Positions 30,717 to 39,102 of a stretch of 64,000 nt of DNA are shown here, one piece after another (position 1 is the stretch's first letter; every line of letters starts with the position of its first letter). Source of the DNA: Nibricoccus sp. (GTDB lineage: Bacteria > Verrucomicrobiota > Verrucomicrobiia > Opitutales > Opitutaceae); the NCBI GenBank assembly GCA_047602425.1, contig JASGHG010000001.1, positions 2,944,001 through 3,008,000 on the forward strand. Direction: 5' to 3'. A program made the position numbers and the translations under genes. The notes beneath the pieces were generated by a model that had not been told where the DNA came from, made no database searches, and was given only the letters and a program-made list of their open reading frames with translations.

Positions 30717-30725
30717 GTCTACTGA

Positions 30726-30742
30726 GTAAGCATGTTGCTTAC
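30726..30742. promoter_or_regulatory. Palindromic operator GTAAGCA-TGT-TGCTTAC
   Basis: Perfect 7-bp inverted repeat in the 31-bp gap between divergent HTH genes; extra half-site at 30685-30691. Confidence 0.65.
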
Positions 30743-30747
30743 GTAAT

Positions 30748-30978
30748 ATGGTTGCCGCACCTGAGAAAAACTTCAAGCCCCGAGCGCAAACGCCCTTTGC
30801 GGCCGTACTGGCTTTGGAGTTTCAACGGACCAAAGGGCATATTCATCGTATCTGCACGGGAGAGAGAAAATCCCCGCTGCGCGAGCGTATTTTGGCGCGC
30901 CAGGCGGAACTTATGCACAGCGCGGCCATGGCTCCGGTGCCGGCGGAAACCTCAACCGATTCGAACCATGGAAACTGA
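30748..30978 (+). CDS. Cro/Ner-like small HTH protein
   Basis: LALEFQRTKGHIHRICTGERKS; divergent from the repressor. Confidence 0.6.
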   Translation: MVAAPEKNFKPRAQTPFAAVLALEFQRTKGHIHRICTGERKSPLRERILARQAELMHSAAMAPVPAETSTDSNHGN

Positions 30979-31186
30979 ACTCAATTCGAGCAGCCGAAAA
31001 GCCCGCCTCGTGCAGAAGCTCACCGCGATCTTCGCCGACGGCCCTCTTGTCGCGGCCCAAAATGCCGCGTCGGGAAATCCCCGGCTCGTGAGCGCAATCG
31101 GCCCCGAGCAGGCCTTCGATCCGATCCTGACCCAGGAGCGCGAGAGAACGCCGGGCCTCATTGCGGCGCACAACATCAAGGACTGA
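30968..31186 (+). CDS. Hypothetical protein (72 aa)
   Basis: ATG at 30968 overlapping previous ORF; co-oriented. Confidence 0.5.
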   Translation: METELNSSSRKARLVQKLTAIFADGPLVAAQNAASGNPRLVSAIGPEQAFDPILTQERERTPGLIAAHNIKD

Positions 31187-31221
31187 TCCTGCCAATTTCC
31201 CAAGTAACCGAACCAATTTTT

Positions 31222-31911
31222 ATGAAGAGAAACCAAGCACTTCCCACCGATCAGGCCCTTGACGCCTGCATCGCCGAGATTGCCACTCACCAAGAGGCCT
31301 ATCTCCAGCAACGAAAGGAATACCGCGCAGCATTGACCATGGAGCCGAAGCTCGTGCAGGACATCGAACGCCGGCAGGCCAGCTGCAAACTCGGAGATAT
31401 GCAGGAGGCCCGCGAAATCTGTATTGCGAAGGAGGCGCTGCTCAATGTCCGCAAACGGGCGGCCACGCTTACGCCCAACCCAAGTGACGATCTGAACATT
31501 TGGAGGGCTCGCTGGGACCGCGCGTTGCCGCTGGTTCGCCCCGAAGGCTACCGGCTCCTGGAACGCATGCGGGCGGAGTTCACCGCCAAATTGGTGCCGA
31601 TCATCGGTGCTGACGATGCCGGCAAGCTCGTTGAGTCGCTCACGCCCGTTCAACTTCTGGGCGAAACGCTCCGCGTCGGCTTTTTGATCCCCGGCGAGCC
31701 CGACTCTTATCGCGAAGCTTGCATTCGGATGATGGAACTCATCCGGGCGATGCGGAGTGATGGATTCGATGCCCACAAATGGAGCAAGGGCGAGCATCGC
31801 CTGATCAGATTTCTGCCGTCGAAATCGGCTCAATCCGAGCCGGCCCTCACCCAGGCCCTTGTCGAAGTGCCCGCCGCCGATGAGGAAGCGGAATCCGAAC
31901 AGCCGGAGTGA
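31222..31911 (+). CDS. Hypothetical alpha-helical protein
   Basis: 229-aa ORF in element operon; N-terminal coiled-coil character. Confidence 0.7.
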   Translation: MKRNQALPTDQALDACIAEIATHQEAYLQQRKEYRAALTMEPKLVQDIERRQASCKLGDMQEAREICIAKEALLNVRKRAATLTPNPSDDLNIWRARWDRALPLVRPEGYRLLERMRAEFTAKLVPIIGADDAGKLVESLTPVQLLGETLRVGFLIPGEPDSYREACIRMMELIRAMRSDGFDAHKWSKGEHRLIRFLPSKSAQSEPALTQALVEVPAADEEAESEQPE

Positions 31912-31998
31912 GCTTGTCCGCCGGCTTCCAATTCTTCACCGCAACCAATCAATCCACTTTCGACGCCCAGCAATGACGTCGTTTCGACATGGAGAAAC

Positions 31999-32034
31999 AG
32001 CGGGGCAGGGCTGACAGGCTCTGCCCCGCTTTTT
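31999..32034 (+). terminator. Intrinsic terminator inside the element's rightward operon
   Basis: AGCGGGGCAGGGC-loop-GCTCTGCCCCGCT then TTTT. Confidence 0.7.
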
Positions 32035-32063
32035 CCGACCGAAAAAACCAATCCCAGCTCACC

Positions 32064-32363
32064 ATGAAAAAACCGGTCACACGCTCGCCGCTCGATTTGC
32101 TGCCGCTACATCAGAAACAGGCTGTCATGGCCTGGCTGACGACGGGTGGTAAGCACGGCCAGGGCATGAGCTACGAGGACGCCAGCGCGAAGCTGAAGGC
32201 TGAGTTCGGCGTGCGTGCCTCTGCAACGGCTCTGCATGCCTTCTACCACCGCCATCGCGGCGCGCCGACTACGCCGCAGGTGCAGACCGCGTTCGATGCC
32301 AAATCGAACGTACTCACAATTTCGATACAGATAAACCTCAACCTCAATCCCCAAAAAACATGA
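32064..32363 (+). CDS. Mu gp27/DUF3486-like small DNA-binding protein
   Basis: RSPLDLLP...AWL...SYEDASAKLKAEFGVRASATALHAFY resembles the N-terminus of the family (by eye). Confidence 0.55.
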   Translation: MKKPVTRSPLDLLPLHQKQAVMAWLTTGGKHGQGMSYEDASAKLKAEFGVRASATALHAFYHRHRGAPTTPQVQTAFDAKSNVLTISIQINLNLNPQKT

Positions 32364-32926
32364 ACCCTACGACTGAAACAGCGACTGCTCCCACCCGTGC
32401 CCCCGAATGCGATGGCGACTGGAAACACCTCGAATTCAATGCCCGCCAAAAAATCGAGACACGCCTATTAATCGGCGCGCATCTGTTCAACGAAGCATTG
32501 AAAGGCAGTGTCGCAGACATCCAGAGCGCTGCTTTTAGAATTGAAGAAGCCGGGCTTTTTGAGGGCACGTATTACGCTGGCGACAGTTGCACCATCAAAA
32601 ATATTATACGGTTGGTAGAAACGCTGAATGGCGGATTGAACGAAGCCTTTCCCCTCTGCTACGCCGCACTGCCCGCGCATCTGAATGTCAATTTTATGCC
32701 GTTCGACCAGGCGGTTTCCTTTTTTAGGCAAGAGGTATTTTGGACAACCAAAGGTGTCGAACACATGCACCGGTGCGAGGAGATGATTTCCAAGATGCGT
32801 GAAGTCTACGCTTTGGTTCGTAGGGTGATCGATGAAATCGATCACTCGACGGACGATGGAATTTACCAGGTGCGCAACAGTGTACCTGCGATCCCGGCGA
32901 ATCTATTCTTCGAAAAAGCTGTGTGA
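32360..32926 (+). CDS. Hypothetical protein
   Basis: 188 aa; ATGA overlap with upstream stop. Confidence 0.7.
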   Translation: MNPTTETATAPTRAPECDGDWKHLEFNARQKIETRLLIGAHLFNEALKGSVADIQSAAFRIEEAGLFEGTYYAGDSCTIKNIIRLVETLNGGLNEAFPLCYAALPAHLNVNFMPFDQAVSFFRQEVFWTTKGVEHMHRCEEMISKMREVYALVRRVIDEIDHSTDDGIYQVRNSVPAIPANLFFEKAV

Positions 32927-32927
32927 C

Positions 32928-33164
32928 ATGCCTCAACCGCAACCAGACACCGAGATCGTGACCCCGTGGTTTATCTTCACGCATGAGCGTGGCTACGTGG
33001 TGAACGCCGAGACCGTGACGAAGGCCATTTCGCAATGGCGAAAGAGTCACAAAATCGGCTATATCTGCGGGGTGATTCGCGGTGCGGTTGCGGAGGGGCA
33101 GCTGGGGGCGGTCAGCGCCACGGCAATTTATGGTGTGATTTGCTGCGGAGGAAAAACGCCATGA
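32928..33164 (+). CDS. Hypothetical protein (78 aa)
   Basis: Fills the gap exactly; stop overlaps next ATG. Confidence 0.6.
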   Translation: MPQPQPDTEIVTPWFIFTHERGYVVNAETVTKAISQWRKSHKIGYICGVIRGAVAEGQLGAVSATAIYGVICCGGKTP

Positions 33165-34723
33165 GCGAACCAGGCCTAAACTACAAAGTCACGGTGTCCG
33201 GTGCGTCGCAAGGCGCGGCCGATGTCAGCAAGCTCGCTGACGCCTCCGGCAAAGTCGCTGACGCCACCGGCAAGGCTGCGCCGCAAGCGAAAGGCCTTGC
33301 CGATGCGATCTCTTCGCTCGGTAGCCGTAACAACCCCGCGAAGGACGCCCTTGAGGGTCTGAGCAGCGCTGCCCGTGGTGGAGAGGGGTCAGTCTTCGGC
33401 CTCACGAAGGCCTTCCGCGCATTTCGGGAACTCATCAACGGAGGCTTCGCGGCCCTCGGCCCTGGTGGTATTCTAGTTGCCGGATTGGGTCTGGTGATCG
33501 GTTTGCTACCGAAGATCATCGAGCTGTTTAAAGGTACGAGCAAATCAGCCGAAGAACTTGCCGCGGAGTCGAAGAAGGCAGCCGACGAGGTGAAGGAACT
33601 GGGCCAGCAACGAATGGAGGCGTTGGCCGCTGGTTTCGCCGCCGCCAATGAAGCGGCAAAGAAGGCAAACGCGGAGTTCGAACGCGCACTTAACCTTCAG
33701 AAGCGTCTAAACGAGGCTGCCCGTAATGCAGAACTCGCCGAAAATCCCGATAAGGCCAAAGAGATCAACGCGAAATACGATCAGAAAAACAAGGCGCTTA
33801 CCCTCACTGCAAAAGAATTTGCAGCCTCCCAAGCAGATGAGGTGGTCAAAGCTGCCGCTTCAAATCAAGAGGATGCTTTCAACGCCGAAGTCAGGGCTAA
33901 AAAAGAACTCATCGAACTGCTAAAAAAAGAGGGTGAGTTAAAAAAACTGAATGCCCTTATTGAGCAAAATAAGTATACATCCGAACTCTCGAAGGAGAGC
34001 GTAGCCGAGCAGAAAAAGCGCGAGGATCAAGCGAAAGCGTTACAAAATCAAATCGCCAAAAAACCGGAGATTGAAGCGGAAGTGGCGGCTCGTATAAAAG
34101 AGTCCCAGCGAGCCGCCGACAACCTCACCAAAGCCAAGGATACCCAATCCACCGCACGAGCGGAATTGAAGACTGAGGAAATTGGTCAGAAGGCTGAAGC
34201 GGACAGCAGCCGTAGAATAGAAAATGTGGAGGAAAAAAAGCGAATCAGCGAACAACTCAGCGATGCCACAAAGCGCAGGCAGAATGCCGGAGATCGGTCT
34301 GAGTTCCTTGCGGCAGCTCAGGATGAAATTGCGGCGCGCAACGCGCTGAAGAAACCTGCTGGGAGAGGAAAGTCTGAAGCGGCGAACGCAGAGCAAGCGC
34401 CCGCACTCGAAAAAGCAGCTGAGGAAATTGCAGATAAAAAAGTTGATGACAGACCGCTGAAAGAGGCCGCGAGTGCTATCTCAACGGCAATCGAACAGAG
34501 CGTGAGCGATAGTAATCGAGCCATCAGTGAGGGTGCTCAAGCCATTCGTGCCGCAGTGGGCGAAAGAATGCAGGTGCCAGATTTAGAGCCGTTGGTGAGC
34601 ACCGTGAAACAAGGTTTTAGCACGGTAAATAATGCGATGCGTAATATGCAGCAGCAGATAAACCAGAATAGCTATGCCATCAGGGAGATCATCAATCAGA
34701 TGTCATCGGCGAGGAACAAATAG
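33161..34723 (+). CDS. Tail tape-measure-like coiled-coil protein (520 aa)
   Basis: GGAGGA RBS; LNYKVTVSGA start, Ala/Gly-rich region, hydrophobic GPGGILVAGLGLVIGLL, long A/E/K helical region. Confidence 0.6.
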   Translation: MSEPGLNYKVTVSGASQGAADVSKLADASGKVADATGKAAPQAKGLADAISSLGSRNNPAKDALEGLSSAARGGEGSVFGLTKAFRAFRELINGGFAALGPGGILVAGLGLVIGLLPKIIELFKGTSKSAEELAAESKKAADEVKELGQQRMEALAAGFAAANEAAKKANAEFERALNLQKRLNEAARNAELAENPDKAKEINAKYDQKNKALTLTAKEFAASQADEVVKAAASNQEDAFNAEVRAKKELIELLKKEGELKKLNALIEQNKYTSELSKESVAEQKKREDQAKALQNQIAKKPEIEAEVAARIKESQRAADNLTKAKDTQSTARAELKTEEIGQKAEADSSRRIENVEEKKRISEQLSDATKRRQNAGDRSEFLAAAQDEIAARNALKKPAGRGKSEAANAEQAPALEKAAEEIADKKVDDRPLKEAASAISTAIEQSVSDSNRAISEGAQAIRAAVGERMQVPDLEPLVSTVKQGFSTVNNAMRNMQQQINQNSYAIREIINQMSSARNK

Positions 34724-36906
34724 TGAACACTGAGCGAGCAACGATCATCCCCGCCTCTCCGGCTTGGAATCGGCTAAACGCCCGAACCAAGCAACAGGCG
34801 CATAAGTTGCGGCAGGCGCTTGCGTCTGCACTGGAGTTGCACCGCAGTGGCCGCTGGGGGCGCGCTGAAATCGAATCTGCGGGGCTTCGTGACTACCAAC
34901 AGGTATTTGGGCATGCCATCACGCCTCGGCATTTCTGGAGGCTTTTGGATCTCGTGGTCGAACGCGATGCTGGTCGCAACCAGTTCGATAATTTGGGGTT
35001 TTATTTGCCCGGCCGCATTGTCCGCAAGCGCCCGGCCGATTCGCTCGACCGCTATGCAAAGCAGCTGCCGCGACTCTGCACCACGGTTGCAGGGTGCGCA
35101 AATATTGCGGAGCCCACCGCGCAGGAAATCCTTTTGGTGTGGGATGCGGCCTGTTCTGAATATCAGGCGATGATCGCTGTAGGGATGACTGACGGGAAAG
35201 CCCGCCGCCTCGTAGTTGCTGCGCTTGATGTCAGCGGGCTGCCGCTGGCTCTGACGAGGGCCGCACTCAGGCGCAGTTTCTGCCGCAAGCTCGATCGCTG
35301 GATTGAGGGCGGGCGCAAACCAGCCGCCATCCGCGATCAGCGGGAGTTGAAGTGCGGCCGTAAACTTCAAGCAGTGCCGACGCCTGAAGATTTGAATTTG
35401 CTGACGGCGCGAGCCCTGCACCTACGCAGCGTGCCAGCGGCTTGGCGTGAGTTGCTCCATGCGGGGGAATTGTCTCCAGCCGTGACACAGAGCTACATCA
35501 GCCAGACGGCGAGCAAGTCCTATTGTCCGGAGTCGATCCGAAGGGTGATTGTTCATCGCATTGGCCTCGTCGACGACATTCACCACGGCCCAAGGCAAGC
35601 CACATTGAACGGGGCGCATATCACGCGCGATTGGTCGGATGTTGCGCCTGGGGATTGGCAGCAAGCCGACGACGTGACGTTGGAGGTATACTATTGGTTT
35701 AAGGACGTCAGCGGCGTGCCGCAGGTTCTGCGCGGGCAGTTCCTTTTGATGATCGATCTTCGCAGTCTACGGATTCTGAATTTCGCCCTGCACGCGGAAA
35801 ACAACTACAATGCCAAGGTGATTCGTGGCCTGATGTTGCGTACGCATGACGCTTACGGTCTACCCCGGCGAGGCTATGCGTTTGGAAAAGGAATTTGGAA
35901 AAGCTCGCGACTGGTTAAGGGCCGTGAACTTCCGAAGGGAGACGAAATCCCCAACGAAGAAACCGAACTGGGCTTCCGCGATTTCGCGTTGGAGTTTAGG
36001 CACGCCAAGCTCCCTAGGGCGAAGCCAATCGAGCGCGTAATTGGGCTGTTGCAAGCCAGACTGCGCGATCAACCAGGCTGGGTTGGTCCAAACGAAATGA
36101 AGGAAAAATTTGAGCGAGTGCAGGAGCGTCTGCTCGCTGCCCGTGGCGGTTCGGTGCATCCCTCGAAATTCTTTTTGCATCGCGATGAGTGGTTTGAGCG
36201 GCTTCAGGAAGTTTGCGATGAGTACAACAATGAGCCGCAGCAAGGCCGCATGCTCAATGGGTTGTCTCCCCGGCAATATTGGGAGGCCAATTTTGACTAC
36301 GCCCGTCCGTTGGTGAAACTGGGGCAGGGTACTCGCTACCTTCTGGCAAATCATCGTCGCCCTGAAAAGGTCACGCGCAACGGAATCCGGATCGTCGTCG
36401 GCAAAGAGATCTGCAATTTCAAGAGTCCTGAGCTGGGCCATCACGTTGGGAAAATTGTCCAAGTGTACTTCGATCCTGAGGACATGAGCAGCGTATTTGT
36501 AATGGTAGATTGTGAGGGCAAAAGTGCGTTGGTTGTACCACGTGAAAAGGGTGTTCCCGCCATGGACGCGACGGATGAGCAACTACGCACTGCTCAGGGA
36601 ATTAATGAGGCGATGAATCAACCTGCTCGCACCCTGTATGCTGAGATAAAAACATATTTCCCGAAAAATGGTCCGTCACTCTTCCGCCGGGAGATCGCTG
36701 ACGCTGTGACCGTTGAGCTGGGTCAGGACATCGCTGCCGAACAAGACGCTATCCGCCGTGAGAAAACGCAACAGGTGCAGGACGCACGTTCGCTGAAACG
36801 GCGCCGGCGTGAATTGGGGCTTCGCCCTCAGTCAGAACAGATCTCTACTGAGCGGCAGTTGGCTGCGCTAAAACTTTTTGAGGAGGCTCGCCGTGACGAC
36901 ACGTAA
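34723..36906 (+). CDS. MuA/TnsB-like DDE transposase
   Basis: WQQADD(316); IDLRSLRILNF; YGLP; PRAKPIE(437)R; YNNEPQ...GLSP; KVTRNGI; VYFDPEDMS. Confidence 0.9.
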   Translation: MNTERATIIPASPAWNRLNARTKQQAHKLRQALASALELHRSGRWGRAEIESAGLRDYQQVFGHAITPRHFWRLLDLVVERDAGRNQFDNLGFYLPGRIVRKRPADSLDRYAKQLPRLCTTVAGCANIAEPTAQEILLVWDAACSEYQAMIAVGMTDGKARRLVVAALDVSGLPLALTRAALRRSFCRKLDRWIEGGRKPAAIRDQRELKCGRKLQAVPTPEDLNLLTARALHLRSVPAAWRELLHAGELSPAVTQSYISQTASKSYCPESIRRVIVHRIGLVDDIHHGPRQATLNGAHITRDWSDVAPGDWQQADDVTLEVYYWFKDVSGVPQVLRGQFLLMIDLRSLRILNFALHAENNYNAKVIRGLMLRTHDAYGLPRRGYAFGKGIWKSSRLVKGRELPKGDEIPNEETELGFRDFALEFRHAKLPRAKPIERVIGLLQARLRDQPGWVGPNEMKEKFERVQERLLAARGGSVHPSKFFLHRDEWFERLQEVCDEYNNEPQQGRMLNGLSPRQYWEANFDYARPLVKLGQGTRYLLANHRRPEKVTRNGIRIVVGKEICNFKSPELGHHVGKIVQVYFDPEDMSSVFVMVDCEGKSALVVPREKGVPAMDATDEQLRTAQGINEAMNQPARTLYAEIKTYFPKNGPSLFRREIADAVTVELGQDIAAEQDAIRREKTQQVQDARSLKRRRRELGLRPQSEQISTERQLAALKLFEEARRDDT

Positions 36907-38383
36907 ACAAGACCCAGCAACAAAAGAATTCCGGCAAGACGCCTATGCGTCGTCAGCCGAGTACGAACGCGGCATCCTCGGAAACCGGGTGGCCGCGCGG
37001 TGCCAGAAGCTTACCGATCCCGAAGAGATCGCCATGCTTTGGTGGTTGCAGCAGGTTTCATGGAGAGACGGCGGTATTGAGAAATTCACAGAGCAGTTTC
37101 TGGTTGAAAATGAAACCATGCTCGGGACGCCATCGATGCATCGATTTGGGATGAAAAAAGGGCAGGTCTACAACGCTGCCCAGGTGCGCAAAGTCCGGTC
37201 GGAACTAGGGGCGCCTGAGTGCATGGAGTTCCCATTGAGAGACGATAAAAGGGCGGATCGCCTAGCAGATTTTCTAGACTTGCCGGACTACGAGGATTTG
37301 ACGGTGTACCCGGAAAGTTACCCAGCATCGGAATTTCTGGATGTTTGTACAGGTTCGCTGCGTCAGTTTTCCAACTGGCTCAAGGGAATGTTGGTCGATC
37401 CCCAAAGTGGCAGCCTTCGGAGTGGATATTGGAGCATGTCTGGTTTCTGGGATGCGCTCTGCAAATGGCGGGATCGCGAGCGTGAAGTTGCGCGAGCCGC
37501 CATTGTCGAAACCGACGTTACGCGCCGGGTATTCGAAGAGTTGGATTTCGCTTACGAGACGCGGAGTTTTGTTCTGATCGAAGGCCGTGAGGGAATCGGC
37601 AAGAGCGAGGCGGCGCGTTGTTGGTGCGACCAGCGGCCCGGCCAAGCCATCTACGTTCGGTTGGAGTCAGGCAGCGATGAGACGACGCTTTATCGCTCGA
37701 TTGCCCGCGAGATCGGAACGGCGTGCAGCTACCAACGAAAAGCCGTTGAGATGCGAGCCCGGATTCAAGACGCACTGCAACCTGGTCACCTGATGCTCGT
37801 GCTCGACGAAGCGCATTTTCTGTGGCCAACCAGTGCCCGCAGTGAACGCACCACGCCCAAGCGCCTGGACTGGCTGAGGACGGCATTGATCGATTTTAAC
37901 GTCCCGATTGCGCTCGTGAGTACACCGCAATTTTTCACGCAACAATGCGACCGATTTAGAAAGGCGGGATGGAATTCGAATCAAATCCAGCGCAGGCTCA
38001 CTCGTTTGGTTCGGTTGCCTGAATCTCTGAGCAAGGAGGATGTTCTCGGCGTTGTCGCGCGCAACTTCCCGGAGGTCCCTCTACGTACAGCCAAAGAGAT
38101 TGCGGCAGTTGCCCTCTTGAGCGTCGGTTATCTCACGACCATCGTGAGCCTGCGAAAGCGATTTGATTTTCTTAGTTCGCGCCGGCCGTCAACCGCGCCA
38201 GCCGATCTATTGCGCGAGATTCTGGATGAGAAATCCGCTGAACTTGATTTGGCCGTGCAGCCCGTCGAAAAACCCGTTGCAACGCCAACGCAGGCCATTT
38301 GCAGGGTGCGTCCAGGGGCCCCGCAGGGCCGTGGAAACTTTGCGCCTCCGCTGATTGTTCAGCCTGAGTTGAGCGTCGTTTGA
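36893..38383 (+). CDS. MuB/TnsC-like AAA+ transposition ATPase with long N-terminal extension
   Basis: AGGAGG RBS then GTG; Walker A GREGIGKS; Walker B LVLDEAH; QIQRR. Confidence 0.88.
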   Translation: MTTRKQDPATKEFRQDAYASSAEYERGILGNRVAARCQKLTDPEEIAMLWWLQQVSWRDGGIEKFTEQFLVENETMLGTPSMHRFGMKKGQVYNAAQVRKVRSELGAPECMEFPLRDDKRADRLADFLDLPDYEDLTVYPESYPASEFLDVCTGSLRQFSNWLKGMLVDPQSGSLRSGYWSMSGFWDALCKWRDREREVARAAIVETDVTRRVFEELDFAYETRSFVLIEGREGIGKSEAARCWCDQRPGQAIYVRLESGSDETTLYRSIAREIGTACSYQRKAVEMRARIQDALQPGHLMLVLDEAHFLWPTSARSERTTPKRLDWLRTALIDFNVPIALVSTPQFFTQQCDRFRKAGWNSNQIQRRLTRLVRLPESLSKEDVLGVVARNFPEVPLRTAKEIAAVALLSVGYLTTIVSLRKRFDFLSSRRPSTAPADLLREILDEKSAELDLAVQPVEKPVATPTQAICRVRPGAPQGRGNFAPPLIVQPELSVV

Positions 38384-38475
38384 CTTTTGTTTTCGAACCA
38401 CTCCCGGTTTGCGTTTTTTCACGCAATCGCCGGGAGTTACCTCTTACCCTGATGTCGCGGACATTTTGCTATTAA

Positions 38476-38504
38476 AAAGCGGACAGAATCAAAACGAAGA
38501 TACA
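38476..38504. repeat. Right terminal inverted repeat
   Basis: Reverse complement TGTATCTTCGTTTTGATTCTGTCCGCTTT aligns with left end TATAGCTTTGCGTTGATTCTGTCCGCTTT. Confidence 0.88.
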
Positions 38505-38553
38505 GAGCTCCAAGTGGACCTTGTACAATGCCCCATATGCGGTAGGCTGTTTG

Positions 38554-39066
38554 GTGAGCAAAGCTTTCACTAAAGAAGACGACGGGGGCCAACCGCCACT
38601 CGTAGCACGGCTTCAATCACCACTGAGGTCAGGCGAAAGAAATTACCTGACTCCGGCGGGTGCAAAGAAACTACGCGAGGAACTGGAGCAATTAGCCCAC
38701 GTAGAGCGTCCTTTCCTCCTGGCGGCTGCACGCACGGACGATCAGGCCAAGCAGCAGCTTGCGGTGCTGGACCAACGTCTCGCCTATCTGGAGGAAAGTC
38801 TGCGGACTGCCGAAGTGCAGCCGGCGCCGGTGGGGGAAGAGAACCGTGTGCGGTTTGGTGCGAGTGTAACGGTTAAGGAGAATTCCGGCGAAACAACGAC
38901 CTATCGTCTGGTTGGGGTCGATGAAACGGATCTAGATCGCAACTGGGTGAGCTGGCAATCGCCGTTGGCGCGCGCGCTACTTAACCGGCAGCTGGGTGAA
39001 CGTGTGACTTTCACCTTTCCCGCGGGAAAGTCAGAGCTTGAGATTACGAAGATCGAATACTTGTAA
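38554..39066 (+). CDS. GreA/GreB-family elongation factor
   Basis: NYLTPAG; VRFGASV; YRLVGVDE; VSWQSPLARAL. Confidence 0.88.
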   Translation: MSKAFTKEDDGGQPPLVARLQSPLRSGERNYLTPAGAKKLREELEQLAHVERPFLLAAARTDDQAKQQLAVLDQRLAYLEESLRTAEVQPAPVGEENRVRFGASVTVKENSGETTTYRLVGVDETDLDRNWVSWQSPLARALLNRQLGERVTFTFPAGKSELEITKIEYL

Positions 39067-39102
39067 CATCACTTCTCACTCAAACATATACAAACGGTAA
39101 AA

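Larger units (their letters stand above)
29765..38504. mobile_element. Mu/Tn7-superfamily transposable element with phage-like cargo, inserted just 3' of tRNA-Leu
   Basis: 17-bp perfect inverted match TTGATTCTGTCCGCTTT (29777-29793 vs 38476-38492), each 12 bp inside the termini; right end ...TACA; flanking direct repeat GAGC (AGAGCT counting terminal bases); DDE transposase and AAA ATPase genes. Confidence 0.88.

Noticed and set aside
34723..38383. IS21 (istA/istB) assignment
   Set aside because: Protein sizes and motifs look MuA/MuB-like and the element carries ~5 kb of regulated cargo; not formally excluded without HMMs.
29665..38520. Integrase-type genomic island at tRNA-Leu
   Set aside because: No tyrosine or serine recombinase in the element and no duplicated tRNA 3' end at the right border.
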